Shown: positions 35,986-46,457, counted from the first letter of the stretch. The stretch: DNA of 64,000 nucleotides from Candidatus Borrarchaeum weybense (GCA_019057385.1 JAHQJS010000004.1:676962-740961), one strand, 5' to 3'. Program-made: numbers and translations. The notes: a model not told the origin generated them from the sequence alone.

Positions 35986-37380
35986 TTACACACGGATAAG
36001 ATATTTGTCAATTTCCCACTGTGTAATTTTCTGCTTGTGATCGGGGTCGCCCTTCACAAACTCTTCATACTCTGCAACTTCAGCACGTTTCAATTTGAGA
36101 TATAAGTTAAAGGTATATTCGCCAAGCGCTTCTTTTATCACTGTGTCTTTTTCTAATTCATTTAAAGCTTCAGTTAATGAGCCTGGAAGCGTTTTTATGC
36201 CTCTGTCTGCTAAGTCTTGCTCAGTAAGATCATAAACATTCAACCCTGTACAGTTCAATGTTTCTGGCATCTCAATTTGGTTTTTAATTCCGTCAAGGCC
36301 TGCACTCAACATGACGGCGTAGGCCAAATATGGGTTACAGGAAACATCAGGACACCTAAACTCTGCGCGAATAGCTTTTTCCAGATTTGGATGATAGTTT
36401 GGTACTCTAACGAGGGCAGATCTATTTGCGAAAGCCCAGCTAATATAGACAGGAGCCTCATAACCTGGTACTAAGCGTTTGTATGAATTAATAGTGGGTG
36501 CTACAACTGCAGTTAAAGCTTTAGCGTGTTTTAATAGACCACCAATATACCATTTACCCACATCGCTAAGAGAACTATCAGCACTAGCGTCATAAAACGC
36601 ATTTTTTCCTGTGTCAACTGCAAAAAGACTTTGGTGAACATGCATTCCAGAACCGTTTTCACCGTAGTATGGTTTTGGCATGAAAGTCGCATACATCCCA
36701 AGCTGCACCGCCATCGCCTTTGTTGCTTGTTTGTAGGTTATGGATTTATCAGCTGCCTCTAATGCCTCTGCGTATCGAAAGTCTATTTCGTGCTGCCCGG
36801 GAGCAACCTCGTGGTGGCTCATTTCGATTTCCAATCCGAAATCTTCCATTGCAAGAATTGCAGCTCGACGCACGTCAGTTCCCATATCCATTGGCATCAT
36901 ATCAAAATAGCCGCCAGAGTCCATGGGGCTCATACAACCGCCGTTATCCATTCTTACTAAGAAAAATTCGAGTTCAGGCCCTGTTAAAAAATTATAGCCC
37001 ATATCTGTTGCTTTCTTTATTGCTCTTTTTAGAATATAACGCGGATCGCCTTCAAACGGTCTTCCGCCAGGACGCATAATATCGCAAATCATTCTCGCAG
37101 TTGTTAATTCCTTAGGTCTCCATGGAAGAATAGCCCAAGTGTTTGGGTCGGGCATAGCTATCATATCTGAATCATAGATGGGAGTAAAACCCTTTATGGA
37201 AGAGCCATCAAACCCCGTACCATTAGTTAATGAATCTCCAACGTGAGTGATCGGAATTGCAACGTTCTTGAGCGTCCCGAAAATATCTACGAACTGGAGT
37301 CGCAGAAATTTGACATTATGTTTTTCTGCGAGTGCAGCCAATTCTGCAATTTTCTCTGTGTTAGTTTCTATAGTTTTCAT
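35986..37380 (-). CDS. glnA: Glutamine synthetase type I
   Basis: FDGSSI.GF, GPELEFF, HHEVAPGQHEI, TFMPKP..G.NGSGMHVHQS, NSYKRLVPGYEAP, NRSA..R, R.EFR.PD..CNPY; start MKTIE after GAGGT. Confidence 0.96.
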   Translation of the reverse strand: MKTIETNTEKIAELAALAEKHNVKFLRLQFVDIFGTLKNVAIPITHVGDSLTNGTGFDGSSIKGFTPIYDSDMIAMPDPNTWAILPWRPKELTTARMICDIMRPGGRPFEGDPRYILKRAIKKATDMGYNFLTGPELEFFLVRMDNGGCMSPMDSGGYFDMMPMDMGTDVRRAAILAMEDFGLEIEMSHHEVAPGQHEIDFRYAEALEAADKSITYKQATKAMAVQLGMYATFMPKPYYGENGSGMHVHQSLFAVDTGKNAFYDASADSSLSDVGKWYIGGLLKHAKALTAVVAPTINSYKRLVPGYEAPVYISWAFANRSALVRVPNYHPNLEKAIRAEFRCPDVSCNPYLAYAVMLSAGLDGIKNQIEMPETLNCTGLNVYDLTEQDLADRGIKTLPGSLTEALNELEKDTVIKEALGEYTFNLYLKLKRAEVAEYEEFVKGDPDHKQKITQWEIDKYLIRV

Positions 37381-37735
37381 TTTTTTACCTCTTTTTTTTA
37401 TGGTAATTTCAGTTTTTTGTACAATTGTTTTATCCGATATTATACAATGTACAGTTTTTTTAACTGACATTGTCCATTTTTTGGTACTTTAGAATGTGAA
37501 ATTAAACACTTGGAAGTGTATACTATTTATAAATCTTACGTACGACTCATAAAAAGTATACATATTTATGTATAAAGGTAATATGTGTCTCAAAATGAGG
37601 GCGTTAACAACTTTTTTGGAGCGTTTCTAGAAATAACTTTTTTATTCTATTTCGTAATCTTTTTTATTTCACTAAAGGCTAATTCAGAATTATCAAACAC
37701 CGAAAAATACAATTGGACTAAACAGGAGGGCTATT

Positions 37736-38422
37736 GTGCAAATCTGTGTAGCTGTCGGAGAAAAAAGTATAAACAAACTTTTCATGTTGATATCTAACGC
37801 TGAGTTTCAAGCAGATCTCATTGAATTTCGTCTAGATTATTTGGAGGCCCTCGATTATGGTGAATTAGAAAAACTATTAGAAAAAATGAAACTCCCTGTA
37901 ATTTTTACTGTCAGACGTAAGAACGAAGGTGGTAAATTTAAGGGGAGTGAAGAAGATCGTTTCAAGACTCTTAATAACTTAATTGATTTGCGCCCCGATT
38001 TCATTGACATCGAATTAAGTAGTCCATTTCTAAATGAGGATCTCGTAGATTCTGCAAAAAAGGTTGGAGTAAAAATCATTGGTTCATATCATTCATTTCA
38101 AGATACTCCACCAACCCATGTTCTCTTAAAGAAAATAGATATGGCGTACAGATTGGGTATTGATGTAGTGAAAATAGTAACTTATGCAAAAGAAATTGAA
38201 GATAACTTAATAATTTTAAGTTTACATAGCGCGGCGGAGAAATATCTCAGAGAAATGGAAATTGTAACATTCTGTATGGGCGAAAATGGTTTAATCTCTA
38301 GGGTATTATGTCCTTTATTCGGTTCAAAATTTACATTTGCATCATTCGGGGCGAATGTTACAGCGCCGGGTCAAATTAGCATTCAAAAAATGAGACGGAT
38401 TCAGAAATTGATAAGTGAATGA
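37736..38422 (+). CDS. aroD: 3-dehydroquinate dehydratase type I
   Basis: DLIEFRLD, IFTVR...EGG, DIEL, SYH.F..TP, VKIV, MGE.G..SR, APGQ. Confidence 0.93.
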   Translation: MQICVAVGEKSINKLFMLISNAEFQADLIEFRLDYLEALDYGELEKLLEKMKLPVIFTVRRKNEGGKFKGSEEDRFKTLNNLIDLRPDFIDIELSSPFLNEDLVDSAKKVGVKIIGSYHSFQDTPPTHVLLKKIDMAYRLGIDVVKIVTYAKEIEDNLIILSLHSAAEKYLREMEIVTFCMGENGLISRVLCPLFGSKFTFASFGANVTAPGQISIQKMRRIQKLISE

Positions 38423-39296
38423 AATGATCACGTCAGAAACACAGCTTTGTGGACTAATTGGACATCCAGTCAAACACTCTCTTTCTCCAATTATGCACAA
38501 CGCAGCATTCAAAGAAGTTGGCATAGATGATAAATACTGCTATTTAGCATTTAACGTCCTCGAAAGTGATTTAAAACAGGTGATAACTGCAGTTAAAACC
38601 TTAAACATCCGAGGATTGAATGTCACTATCCCTCATAAACTTGCTGTAATGGAATACCTTGATCTTATTGATACGACAGCACAAAGCATTGGTGCTGTTA
38701 ATACAATTGTAAATAATCAAGGATTTCTCAGAGGATACAACACAGATCTTCTAGGCGTGACAAATGCATTAAAGGAAGCCGAATTTGATCCAACAAACAA
38801 AAAAATTGTGATATTAGGTGCTGGTGGTGCAGCACGGGCAGCATCATTTTCAATCGGAAGAAAAGCAGCTGAACTCGTCATCGTGAACCGGTCAATAGAA
38901 AAAGCTAATGAGCTTTGTAACGACTTATTGGAAAGTGTGATTGTTGAAGCCCGATCTCGTGAGTTATCAGAAAAAATTCTAAGAGAAGAGGTCCAAAATG
39001 CAGATCTGCTCGTTAACTGCACATCAGTTGGAATGTGGCCCGATGCAAACCAAACATTACTTAAACGAGAAATTATCCCTGAAACTATCACAGTTTTTGA
39101 CACTGTCTATAACCCTCTTGAGACACAACTATTGAAAGATGCAAAAAAGGCAGGCGCAAAGACAATTTCTGGCTTAGCCATGTTTGTATGGCAAGGTGCT
39201 ATAGCATTTGAGTTGTGGACGGGAGCTAAAGCTCCTATTCAAAAGATGAAAGAAATTGTTAGTGAAAAATTGAAAGGCGGCAGAAATGAAAAATAA
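38415..39296 (+). CDS. aroE: Shikimate dehydrogenase
   Basis: GHPVKHSLSP.MHN, GLNVTIPHK, IGAVNT, GYNTD, GAGGAA, NCTSVGM. Confidence 0.95.
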   Translation: MNEMITSETQLCGLIGHPVKHSLSPIMHNAAFKEVGIDDKYCYLAFNVLESDLKQVITAVKTLNIRGLNVTIPHKLAVMEYLDLIDTTAQSIGAVNTIVNNQGFLRGYNTDLLGVTNALKEAEFDPTNKKIVILGAGGAARAASFSIGRKAAELVIVNRSIEKANELCNDLLESVIVEARSRELSEKILREEVQNADLLVNCTSVGMWPDANQTLLKREIIPETITVFDTVYNPLETQLLKDAKKAGAKTISGLAMFVWQGAIAFELWTGAKAPIQKMKEIVSEKLKGGRNEK

Positions 39297-39792
39297 TCTT
39301 GTAATCATAGGTTTCATGGCGACAGGAAAAACCAGTGTAGCACAAGCTCTAGCTAGCAAATTAGGAAAGGAATATGTAAGCACGGATGATTTAATTGTAA
39401 AAAAAGCTAACAAATATATCCCGAAAATCTTTGAAGATGATGGCGAGATCAAGTTTAGGGAACTTGAAATAGAAATAGTTAAAACAGTCTCAGAAATGGA
39501 CGATATCGTTGTAGATTGCGGTGGAGGCGTTGTTCTCAATTGGATAAATGTTGTAAGGTTGAAAGAGAAGGGAATTATAGTTTTACTAACAGCATCTGTG
39601 GAAAGGATATTGGAAAGGTCTTCTTCGAGTACAGAAAGACCTTTACTTAACGTTCAAAATACAAGGGAAAAAATTGTGGCACTATTGAAATTTCGAGAGC
39701 CTTTTTACGAAAAAGCTGCAGATGTGATTATTGATACAAACAACCTTAGTATTGATAATATTGTTGCACAAATCTTGGATTTCTTAAAATAA
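39286..39792 (+). CDS. aroK: Shikimate kinase, bacterial (NMP-kinase fold) type
   Basis: GFMATGKT, IF..DGE..FR.LE, GGGVV, RPLL, R...Y..AD. Confidence 0.93.
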   Translation: MKNNLVIIGFMATGKTSVAQALASKLGKEYVSTDDLIVKKANKYIPKIFEDDGEIKFRELEIEIVKTVSEMDDIVVDCGGGVVLNWINVVRLKEKGIIVLLTASVERILERSSSSTERPLLNVQNTREKIVALLKFREPFYEKAADVIIDTNNLSIDNIVAQILDFLK

Positions 39793-39808
39793 TGGACGTT
39801 AATAAAGC

Positions 39809-41071
39809 ATGAAAATAAAAATAACCCCCTCTGCGATTGAAGGACAAGTTGTAGCGCCTCCTTCCAAGAGTTACACTCACAGAGCACTAGTTTGTTCAGC
39901 GTTAGCTAACGGTGAGAGTAAAATAATTTCCCCACTAAACAGCGATGATACAGAAGCTACGATGGATTTATTGGAGAAACTCGGTGTTAAAATACGTGTT
40001 AAAGAAGACTTTTGGAATGTAAATGGTGGACAGTTACATCAACCTAAAGGAGATCTGTTTTGTCGAGAATCTGGAACAACTATGAGATTTATGACAACAA
40101 TTTGCTCACTAGTCAACGGAACCTGCCGATTGACTGGTGGAAGTTCACTATCAAAAAGGCCAATGAAACCATTGATTGACGGATTGAAACAACTAGGCGT
40201 TGAATGTTCCTCTGAAAGAGGATTTCCTCCTATAATTGTTAAAGGAGGGCTGATAGGTGGGCGCACAAAAATTCCGGGTAACATAAGTTCTCAATTTATT
40301 TCTGCTTTGCTTTTAGTAGCACCTCTAGCAAAAGACGATACAGAGATAATACTTACAACACCCTTAGAATCTAAGCCATATGTTCTGATGACAACAGATG
40401 CACAAAGACAATTTGGTGTTGAAATTGGGGCTTCTGAAGATTTAAGAAAATTTTGGATAAAAAAACAGGCTTACAAACCAATGATTTACAAAGTTGAGGG
40501 GGATTGGTCGAGTGCAGCATTGTTATTATCCTCTGGTGTATTGGCTGGGGAAATCGAGGCACAAAATTTGAATGCAAAAAGTTTACAAGCAGATAGAGAG
40601 ATCTTGAATGTGCTAAAAAAAATGGGAGCAGAAGCTATTTCAAAAAATGGGAGTATAAAACTAAAGAAATCCGAATTAGAAGCCCTCGAATTTGACGTAA
40701 CTAATTGCCCGGATCTATTTCCAATACTTACAGTTCTTTGTGCAGTTGCTGAAGGTAAAAGTAAATTAACGGGGATCAAAAGACTCAAGATAAAAGAATC
40801 GGATCGAATTGCTGCAATGAAAGAAGGTTTAGTGAGAATGAATGTAGATGTGAGCGAGGAGGAAAATAGTATTATAATTAAAACCTCAAAACCTAAGGGA
40901 GCGATAATAGATCCGAAAAACGACCACAGGATAGCAATGGCATTTGCTGTTTTATCGTTAGTTGCAGAGGGTGAGACTTTAATCCAAGATGCAGAATGTG
41001 TATCAAAATCATTTCCAAATTTTTGGGATGTAATGAAACACTTAGGTATGAATTTTGAGGAGATAACATGA
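39809..41071 (+). CDS. aroA: EPSP synthase
   Basis: PPSKSYTHR, ESGTTMRF, SSQFISALL, DWSSAA, KESDR, DHRIAM, KSFP. Confidence 0.96.
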   Translation: MKIKITPSAIEGQVVAPPSKSYTHRALVCSALANGESKIISPLNSDDTEATMDLLEKLGVKIRVKEDFWNVNGGQLHQPKGDLFCRESGTTMRFMTTICSLVNGTCRLTGGSSLSKRPMKPLIDGLKQLGVECSSERGFPPIIVKGGLIGGRTKIPGNISSQFISALLLVAPLAKDDTEIILTTPLESKPYVLMTTDAQRQFGVEIGASEDLRKFWIKKQAYKPMIYKVEGDWSSAALLLSSGVLAGEIEAQNLNAKSLQADREILNVLKKMGAEAISKNGSIKLKKSELEALEFDVTNCPDLFPILTVLCAVAEGKSKLTGIKRLKIKESDRIAAMKEGLVRMNVDVSEEENSIIIKTSKPKGAIIDPKNDHRIAMAFAVLSLVAEGETLIQDAECVSKSFPNFWDVMKHLGMNFEEIT

Positions 41072-42177
41072 GTAATAGCTTAGGTGAAAAATTTCGGATA
41101 ACAAGTTTTGGTGAGAGCCACGGAAAATGTGTGGGTGTCGTGATTGACGGTTGCCCTAGTGGTTTATCGTTATCCGAAGATGATATCCAACCTGAATTAA
41201 ACAGAAGACGTCCAGGTCAAAGCCAGATTACTACTAAGCGACAAGAAGAAGATCAAGTAGAAATTCTATCTGGCGTCTTTAATGGTTACACAACAGGTGC
41301 ACCAATTTGTATGCTTATTTGGAACAAAGACGTTGATTCTACTAAATATGAACTCTTTAGGGATGTACCTCGACCAGGTCATGCCGATTTCACTGCACGC
41401 CAAAAATATGGTGGATTCAACGATTATCGAGGCGGTGGTAGATTTTCAGGTAGAATAACCGCTAGTTTCGTGATGGCGGGTGCTGTAGCCAGAAAACTCC
41501 TAAGAGATGTTTTAAATGTAGATATTACTGCCCATACTATTGAAATAGGCGGGATCAAAGCAAAGAAAATAGAGGATATATCATTAATTAAGAAAAATGT
41601 TGAAAAAACTCCTATACGAACTGCTGATTTAGAAACTGCCGAAAAGATGATTGAACTAGTAATACAGGCAGAGAATGAAGGAGATAGTATAGGAGGAATA
41701 ATCGAATGTATAGTAACAAATGTTCCAATTGGTTTGGGTGAACCAATTTTTTCTTCTTTAGAATCAGACATTAGTAAAGCAATTTTTTCAATTCCTGCAG
41801 TTAAGGGAATAGAATTTGGTGCTGGTTTTCGTGTTTCAAGAATGAAAGGCTCTGAAAATAATGATAAATTTACCTTTAAAAATGGGCAAATTCTCACAAA
41901 AACAAATAATGCAGGTGGAATTTTAGGCGGTATATCAACTGGCATGCCTATTACATTTCGGATAGCGATCAAACCCACAGCTTCAATCACGAAAAAACAA
42001 GAATCCGTGAGTATTTCAGAGAAAAAAGAAACTGAACTTCAAATAGAGGGAAGACATGACCCATGTATAGTCCCAAGAGCTGTACCAGTTGTTGAATCCA
42101 TGACAGCGATGGTTTTAGCCGATCATGCGATAAGATATAATGTAATTCCGCCAGTAATCAGGAGGATGACTTCTTGA
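41068..42177 (+). CDS. aroC: Chorismate synthase
   Basis: FGESHG, RRRPGQ, RPGHAD, GGGRFSGR, GGILGGIS, GRHDPC. Confidence 0.96.
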   Translation: MSNSLGEKFRITSFGESHGKCVGVVIDGCPSGLSLSEDDIQPELNRRRPGQSQITTKRQEEDQVEILSGVFNGYTTGAPICMLIWNKDVDSTKYELFRDVPRPGHADFTARQKYGGFNDYRGGGRFSGRITASFVMAGAVARKLLRDVLNVDITAHTIEIGGIKAKKIEDISLIKKNVEKTPIRTADLETAEKMIELVIQAENEGDSIGGIIECIVTNVPIGLGEPIFSSLESDISKAIFSIPAVKGIEFGAGFRVSRMKGSENNDKFTFKNGQILTKTNNAGGILGGISTGMPITFRIAIKPTASITKKQESVSISEKKETELQIEGRHDPCIVPRAVPVVESMTAMVLADHAIRYNVIPPVIRRMTS

Positions 42178-42440
42178 GTTTAGAAGAATTCCGAGACGAA
42201 ATTAGAGATACTGATCTTAAAATATTGGATCTTATTAAAAAACGACTGGATATCGCTAAAAAGATAGGTTTGTATAAGAAAAAACACCAATATCCAGTTA
42301 AAAATGTAAAGGTAGAAGAAAAAGTAATAGAGCATGCGAAAAATCATGCTTTAAGTCTTGGAATACCTACCGAACTTGCAGTCAATGTAATTAAGTTGTT
42401 AATCGAATTTTCTGTGAAAATTCAACTACAGAATCTGTAA
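42174..42440 (+). CDS. Chorismate mutase type II
   Basis: LEEFRDEI...D..IL.LI.KRL....IG..K; overlaps aroC stop. Confidence 0.88.
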   Translation: MSLEEFRDEIRDTDLKILDLIKKRLDIAKKIGLYKKKHQYPVKNVKVEEKVIEHAKNHALSLGIPTELAVNVIKLLIEFSVKIQLQNL

Positions 42441-42463
42441 GTAGTCTTAACGATCGATGAAAA

Positions 42464-43060
42464 GTGATTAAAGTGATTCAAAATGTTATGAAGCGACGAA
42501 GAAGCATTAGAAAATTCAAGAAAGATAAGTTTGGAATTGAAAAACTCTGTTCAATTCTGAAAGCAAGCTTACTGGCACCTTCAGGTGCAGATCAAAGCCC
42601 ATTTACTTTGATTATAATTGATAATGAGCAGTTGAAAAGACAGATAAGAACTGAATGTGAAGTTGCAGACAAAGATTTCCATGAGGGGTCCCCTGCTTGG
42701 CTAAAAGAGTGGTTTGCTAAAAAAAATATCACAACTGAGAAAAAGTTCCTTACAGACGCTCCGTTTTTGGTTGTATTAGCTGGAAATACCACGATGCCCT
42801 ATTGGTTAGAATCAACCTGGATTTCAATAGCATATCTCATTCTAGCTGCCGAAGAGGAAGGCCTGGCCACATTAACATATACACCTGGTCAAATGAAGTT
42901 TCTCATGCCGCTTTTAGAATTGCCAGAAGTGTATGAACCTGTAGTTATTCTTCCAATAGGATATCCTGACGAATTTCCGACTAAAATTGACAATGGTGAT
43001 AAAGAAACTAAAATCTTTTTTAATAAATTTGGTGTTGAAGAGAATTCTTGTCGTTCTTAG
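42464..43060 (+). CDS. Nitroreductase family flavoprotein (iodotyrosine deiodinase-like)
   Basis: RRSIRKF, APSGADQSP, K.FL.DAP, ES..I, GLATLTYTP, PIGYP. Confidence 0.85.
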   Translation: MIKVIQNVMKRRRSIRKFKKDKFGIEKLCSILKASLLAPSGADQSPFTLIIIDNEQLKRQIRTECEVADKDFHEGSPAWLKEWFAKKNITTEKKFLTDAPFLVVLAGNTTMPYWLESTWISIAYLILAAEEEGLATLTYTPGQMKFLMPLLELPEVYEPVVILPIGYPDEFPTKIDNGDKETKIFFNKFGVEENSCRS

Positions 43061-43118
43061 TCAATTTTATATTTAAAAAATTGTTAATAATAGCCTTAAA
43101 TGATTTTTTAAGCGAGGT

Positions 43119-45212
43119 TTGTCTCTTATGCAGACTAGTCTTAACAAATTCATTAAGAAAAGGGCAACATCGTTTATTCTCTTGCTGATTTTAGTAACTA
43201 GTTCTTTTGCTATACTGTCGTCATATTTACCGCTCGTAGATGAAGATCGTTTTTCGCCAAAAGGCGAAGATCGAGTTCCTCTTACAACATGGAAATTCAA
43301 GATAGATCCGAATAAAGATGGAATGGAGGAAAAATGGTTTGAGGTAGATTATGAGGATTCACGATGGCAAGATGTAATAGTGCCTTCTACATGGAATTTA
43401 GAGCCAGATCTTGAATGGTATAAAGGTCTTGGCTGGTATCGCAACCATTTTTTTATCCCTGATGCTTGGCAAGCGTCGCAAAGTGACGAATTGATAAATG
43501 TACACTTTCTTGCTGTATTTCTTAAATGCGATGCGTGGTTAAATGGTTATTATCTTGGAAATCATCGTGGAGGTTATACTGATTTTTCTTTTGATATTTC
43601 TTCAATTGTTAATTACAAAGGTGAAAATATTCTAGCTGTCCGAGTTGATAATCAGTTATATAATACTCAAATTCCAGCTATATCATTTGATTGGTGGTTT
43701 TGGGGTGGTTTAACTAGGGAAGTATTCATAGAAAAACGTCCTCGACTACAGATCTCAGATATTTCAATAACTACAAAGGTATTAATGAATGATCTTGCAC
43801 TCATAAATGTGACTTGCACAATTAATAATGATTATAATTCTGACTTCGAGAGCAACATCCAATTAAAACTTTTGAGAGATAATATCCTTACTTATTCTTC
43901 TTCTTTTGACATTTTAATTAGTTCTAATGATCATTATCGATGGTCTAAGACTTTATTTCTGAATAATCCTAAATTATGGTCTCCAGAGAATCCAAATTTA
44001 TACAAAGCAGTAGTTAGTGTAAGTGTCGAGAATAAAGTACACCATAGAGTTGAAGAGCGGTTTGGAATACGTGAGATCAAGAGAAAGGGGAATGCACTAT
44101 ATTTAAACAATAGAATGATCTTTTTGCGCGGATTCTCGCGTCACGAGGATCACCCCGACTATGGGAACATTTTGCCATCCGACATCCAGTATAATGACCT
44201 TAAAATGATAAAGGAAAGCGGAGCGAATTTCGTTCGTCTTGCTCACTATCCTAATCATCCCTCTGTTTTGGAAATCTGCGATGAGCTAGGGCTCTTAGTT
44301 TGGGAAGAAATTCCTGCTTGGCATATTCCTCCCGAAACTTTATCGAATCCTAAAACCATCGAAAAGTGGGCTAAACCACAGCTAAAGGAAATGATCCAAC
44401 GTGATAAAAATCATCCAAGTATCATCATTTGGTCAATTGGTAACGAATTTGATACTATGTCCGCTCTTTCGTTAATTTACGTTCGCAAGATGGTCAATTA
44501 TACTCGAAGTTTAGATAATTCACGTCTAATTACTTATGCTACAAATAGATATCAAGGAGATCTTGGTTATGATTATATTGATGTTATATCAATCAATGCG
44601 TACATGGGCTGGTATACTGCGGAGATTAATGAGTTTGGAAAAATATTAGATGATATCCACAAATATAATCCCAATAAACCTATTCTGATAAGTGAATTTG
44701 GTGCTGGTGCGGTTTTAGGGAAAAGAGGGGAAGGGAAATATACCGAAGATTTTCAAGTAACCTTTTTGAAGGGTTATTGGAGTCAAATAGAAGAACGAAT
44801 GAGTGGAAGCTCCACCAACACAGGCTATGTTGTCGGAGCCGCTTGGTGGGTGTTTGCAGACTTTAAGAGCCCGCGACGTATACATAGTCAAATTCCAAAA
44901 TATAACCTAAAAGGCGTTGTAGATCAATTAAGGCAGCCAAAATTAGCATATTTTGAAATAACAACTCTTTTCAGCACTTCACCCAATAATTCTAAAACTC
45001 TTAGAAGCGCGCTTTTGTTTAAGAGCGATACTACCTTAGAATTGTATAGACAGTATTCTTGTTTCAAAAATTCCCAAACTCAGTATTCTCGCATTCAAAT
45101 CTTAGAAAAACACTTAATTTATACGAGTATAGACTCCAGCAATAAGCGTAAACTCATTTTCGACTTTTTGAAAACGGCTTTCGAAACGATAGCTTTTAAA
45201 AACATTGAGTAA
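43119..45212 (+). CDS. Glycoside hydrolase family 2, beta-glucuronidase-like, with N-terminal TM/signal
   Basis: WYR..F, GGYT.F, LWSPE.P.LY, RHED, GANFVRLAHYP, WSIGNE, ISEFG, N.KG. Confidence 0.92.
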   Translation: MSLMQTSLNKFIKKRATSFILLLILVTSSFAILSSYLPLVDEDRFSPKGEDRVPLTTWKFKIDPNKDGMEEKWFEVDYEDSRWQDVIVPSTWNLEPDLEWYKGLGWYRNHFFIPDAWQASQSDELINVHFLAVFLKCDAWLNGYYLGNHRGGYTDFSFDISSIVNYKGENILAVRVDNQLYNTQIPAISFDWWFWGGLTREVFIEKRPRLQISDISITTKVLMNDLALINVTCTINNDYNSDFESNIQLKLLRDNILTYSSSFDILISSNDHYRWSKTLFLNNPKLWSPENPNLYKAVVSVSVENKVHHRVEERFGIREIKRKGNALYLNNRMIFLRGFSRHEDHPDYGNILPSDIQYNDLKMIKESGANFVRLAHYPNHPSVLEICDELGLLVWEEIPAWHIPPETLSNPKTIEKWAKPQLKEMIQRDKNHPSIIIWSIGNEFDTMSALSLIYVRKMVNYTRSLDNSRLITYATNRYQGDLGYDYIDVISINAYMGWYTAEINEFGKILDDIHKYNPNKPILISEFGAGAVLGKRGEGKYTEDFQVTFLKGYWSQIEERMSGSSTNTGYVVGAAWWVFADFKSPRRIHSQIPKYNLKGVVDQLRQPKLAYFEITTLFSTSPNNSKTLRSALLFKSDTTLELYRQYSCFKNSQTQYSRIQILEKHLIYTSIDSSNKRKLIFDFLKTAFETIAFKNIE

Positions 45213-45327
45213 GTCATCCCTTTAGAATTTTAAATCATTATAAAATTAGGAATAATTATGCGCGCAAAAATAATAATGGTGAAATGGTGTCCCATTTAGT
45301 TGCTGAATATGATTTTAATCCATTTTT

Positions 45328-46032
45328 ATGGAGTTGACATCTCTGTTAGGTCGTTTCAAGCAAATAACTGAAAAAGTCTTTAAGCCATTCGCAAAAATTC
45401 TCGCAGATCTTGGACTCAGGCCAAATCATCTTACAGTAATTGCATTCATACTTTCAGTTCTTACAGCATATTTAATTCTAGTTCATGATTTCGCTTGGGC
45501 TGCAGTAACATTGCTTGCTGCAGGTGGATGTGATCTTCTTGATGGATTAGTTGCCCGTATTACTAATACCGTTACGATCAGAGGCGGTTTTCTAGATTCC
45601 GTTTTCGATAGATATAGTGATGCTGTAATTATCGGAGCAATTACTTTTTCGGGTAATTGTGACCCAATTTGGGGTGTTCTTGCGATTTTTGGTTCACTCT
45701 TAGTTAGTTACGTTAGGGCTCGTGCAGAAGTTGCAGGAGCAAAACTAAGTGGGATAGGTCTCGCGGAAAGACCAGAAAGGCTTGCTATAATTGCATTCTT
45801 TTCATTCTTCAATTATTCAATTCACCATGAACTTTTCAATACCGTCAATTATATAGACCTATTTAATGCGCAGGGAGACATTCTTATTCGGATCAGTATG
45901 TTAACATACGGCCTTAACTTTGGCATGATTATCCTTACAATCCTCACACAAATTACATTACTGCAAAGGATTTGGTATGCCTGGAAACACCTATCTGGTG
46001 AACCTATATCCCATGAAAAAGAATCTAGTTGA
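45328..46032 (+). CDS. CDP-alcohol phosphatidyltransferase (archaetidylinositol phosphate synthase-like)
   Basis: PNHLT, DLLDGLVAR.......GGFLDSVFDRYSD, SYVRARAE, ERPER. Confidence 0.92.
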   Translation: MELTSLLGRFKQITEKVFKPFAKILADLGLRPNHLTVIAFILSVLTAYLILVHDFAWAAVTLLAAGGCDLLDGLVARITNTVTIRGGFLDSVFDRYSDAVIIGAITFSGNCDPIWGVLAIFGSLLVSYVRARAEVAGAKLSGIGLAERPERLAIIAFFSFFNYSIHHELFNTVNYIDLFNAQGDILIRISMLTYGLNFGMIILTILTQITLLQRIWYAWKHLSGEPISHEKESS

Positions 46033-46079
46033 ACCTATACTATGGCAAAAGACCAATCAACAAGAATGAGACTCTTAAT

Positions 46080-46457
46080 TTAACTCTTTGAGTTCCCTTG
46101 TACCTTAACTGAAAATACATCTGTTAATAGTTTTTCTAAGAATTCTTTCGCATTAAGCATTTGTTTTTTACCAAGTTCTGTTGCATGGTAGTATTTTCTA
46201 TCAGGTCTTCCCATTGGGGACTCTTCCCAAGACTCGTCCACGAGTTTCTCACTCTTCATTTTGTATAGAACAACGTAGCAACTAACTCTAGCCGGCGAGA
46301 AATCGAAGTTCTCTTGAATTTTTTGCCGGATTTCATATCCGTACATTGGACGCTCTTGGAGAAGCCGCAGGACGTAAATCCATAGATTCTCCTTTGTCAA
46401 TTTCTTTATCAATCTTTTATAAGCCTTGGTTTCTTGCGCCTGCTGCTCTGAACTCAT
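46080..46457 (-). CDS. PadR family transcriptional regulator
   Basis: LWIYVL.LL..RPMYGYEI, Y.VLYKM, RKYY..T..G; GGAGG SD before MSSEQ. Confidence 0.88.
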   Translation of the reverse strand: MSSEQQAQETKAYKRLIKKLTKENLWIYVLRLLQERPMYGYEIRQKIQENFDFSPARVSCYVVLYKMKSEKLVDESWEESPMGRPDRKYYHATELGKKQMLNAKEFLEKLLTDVFSVKVQGNSKS

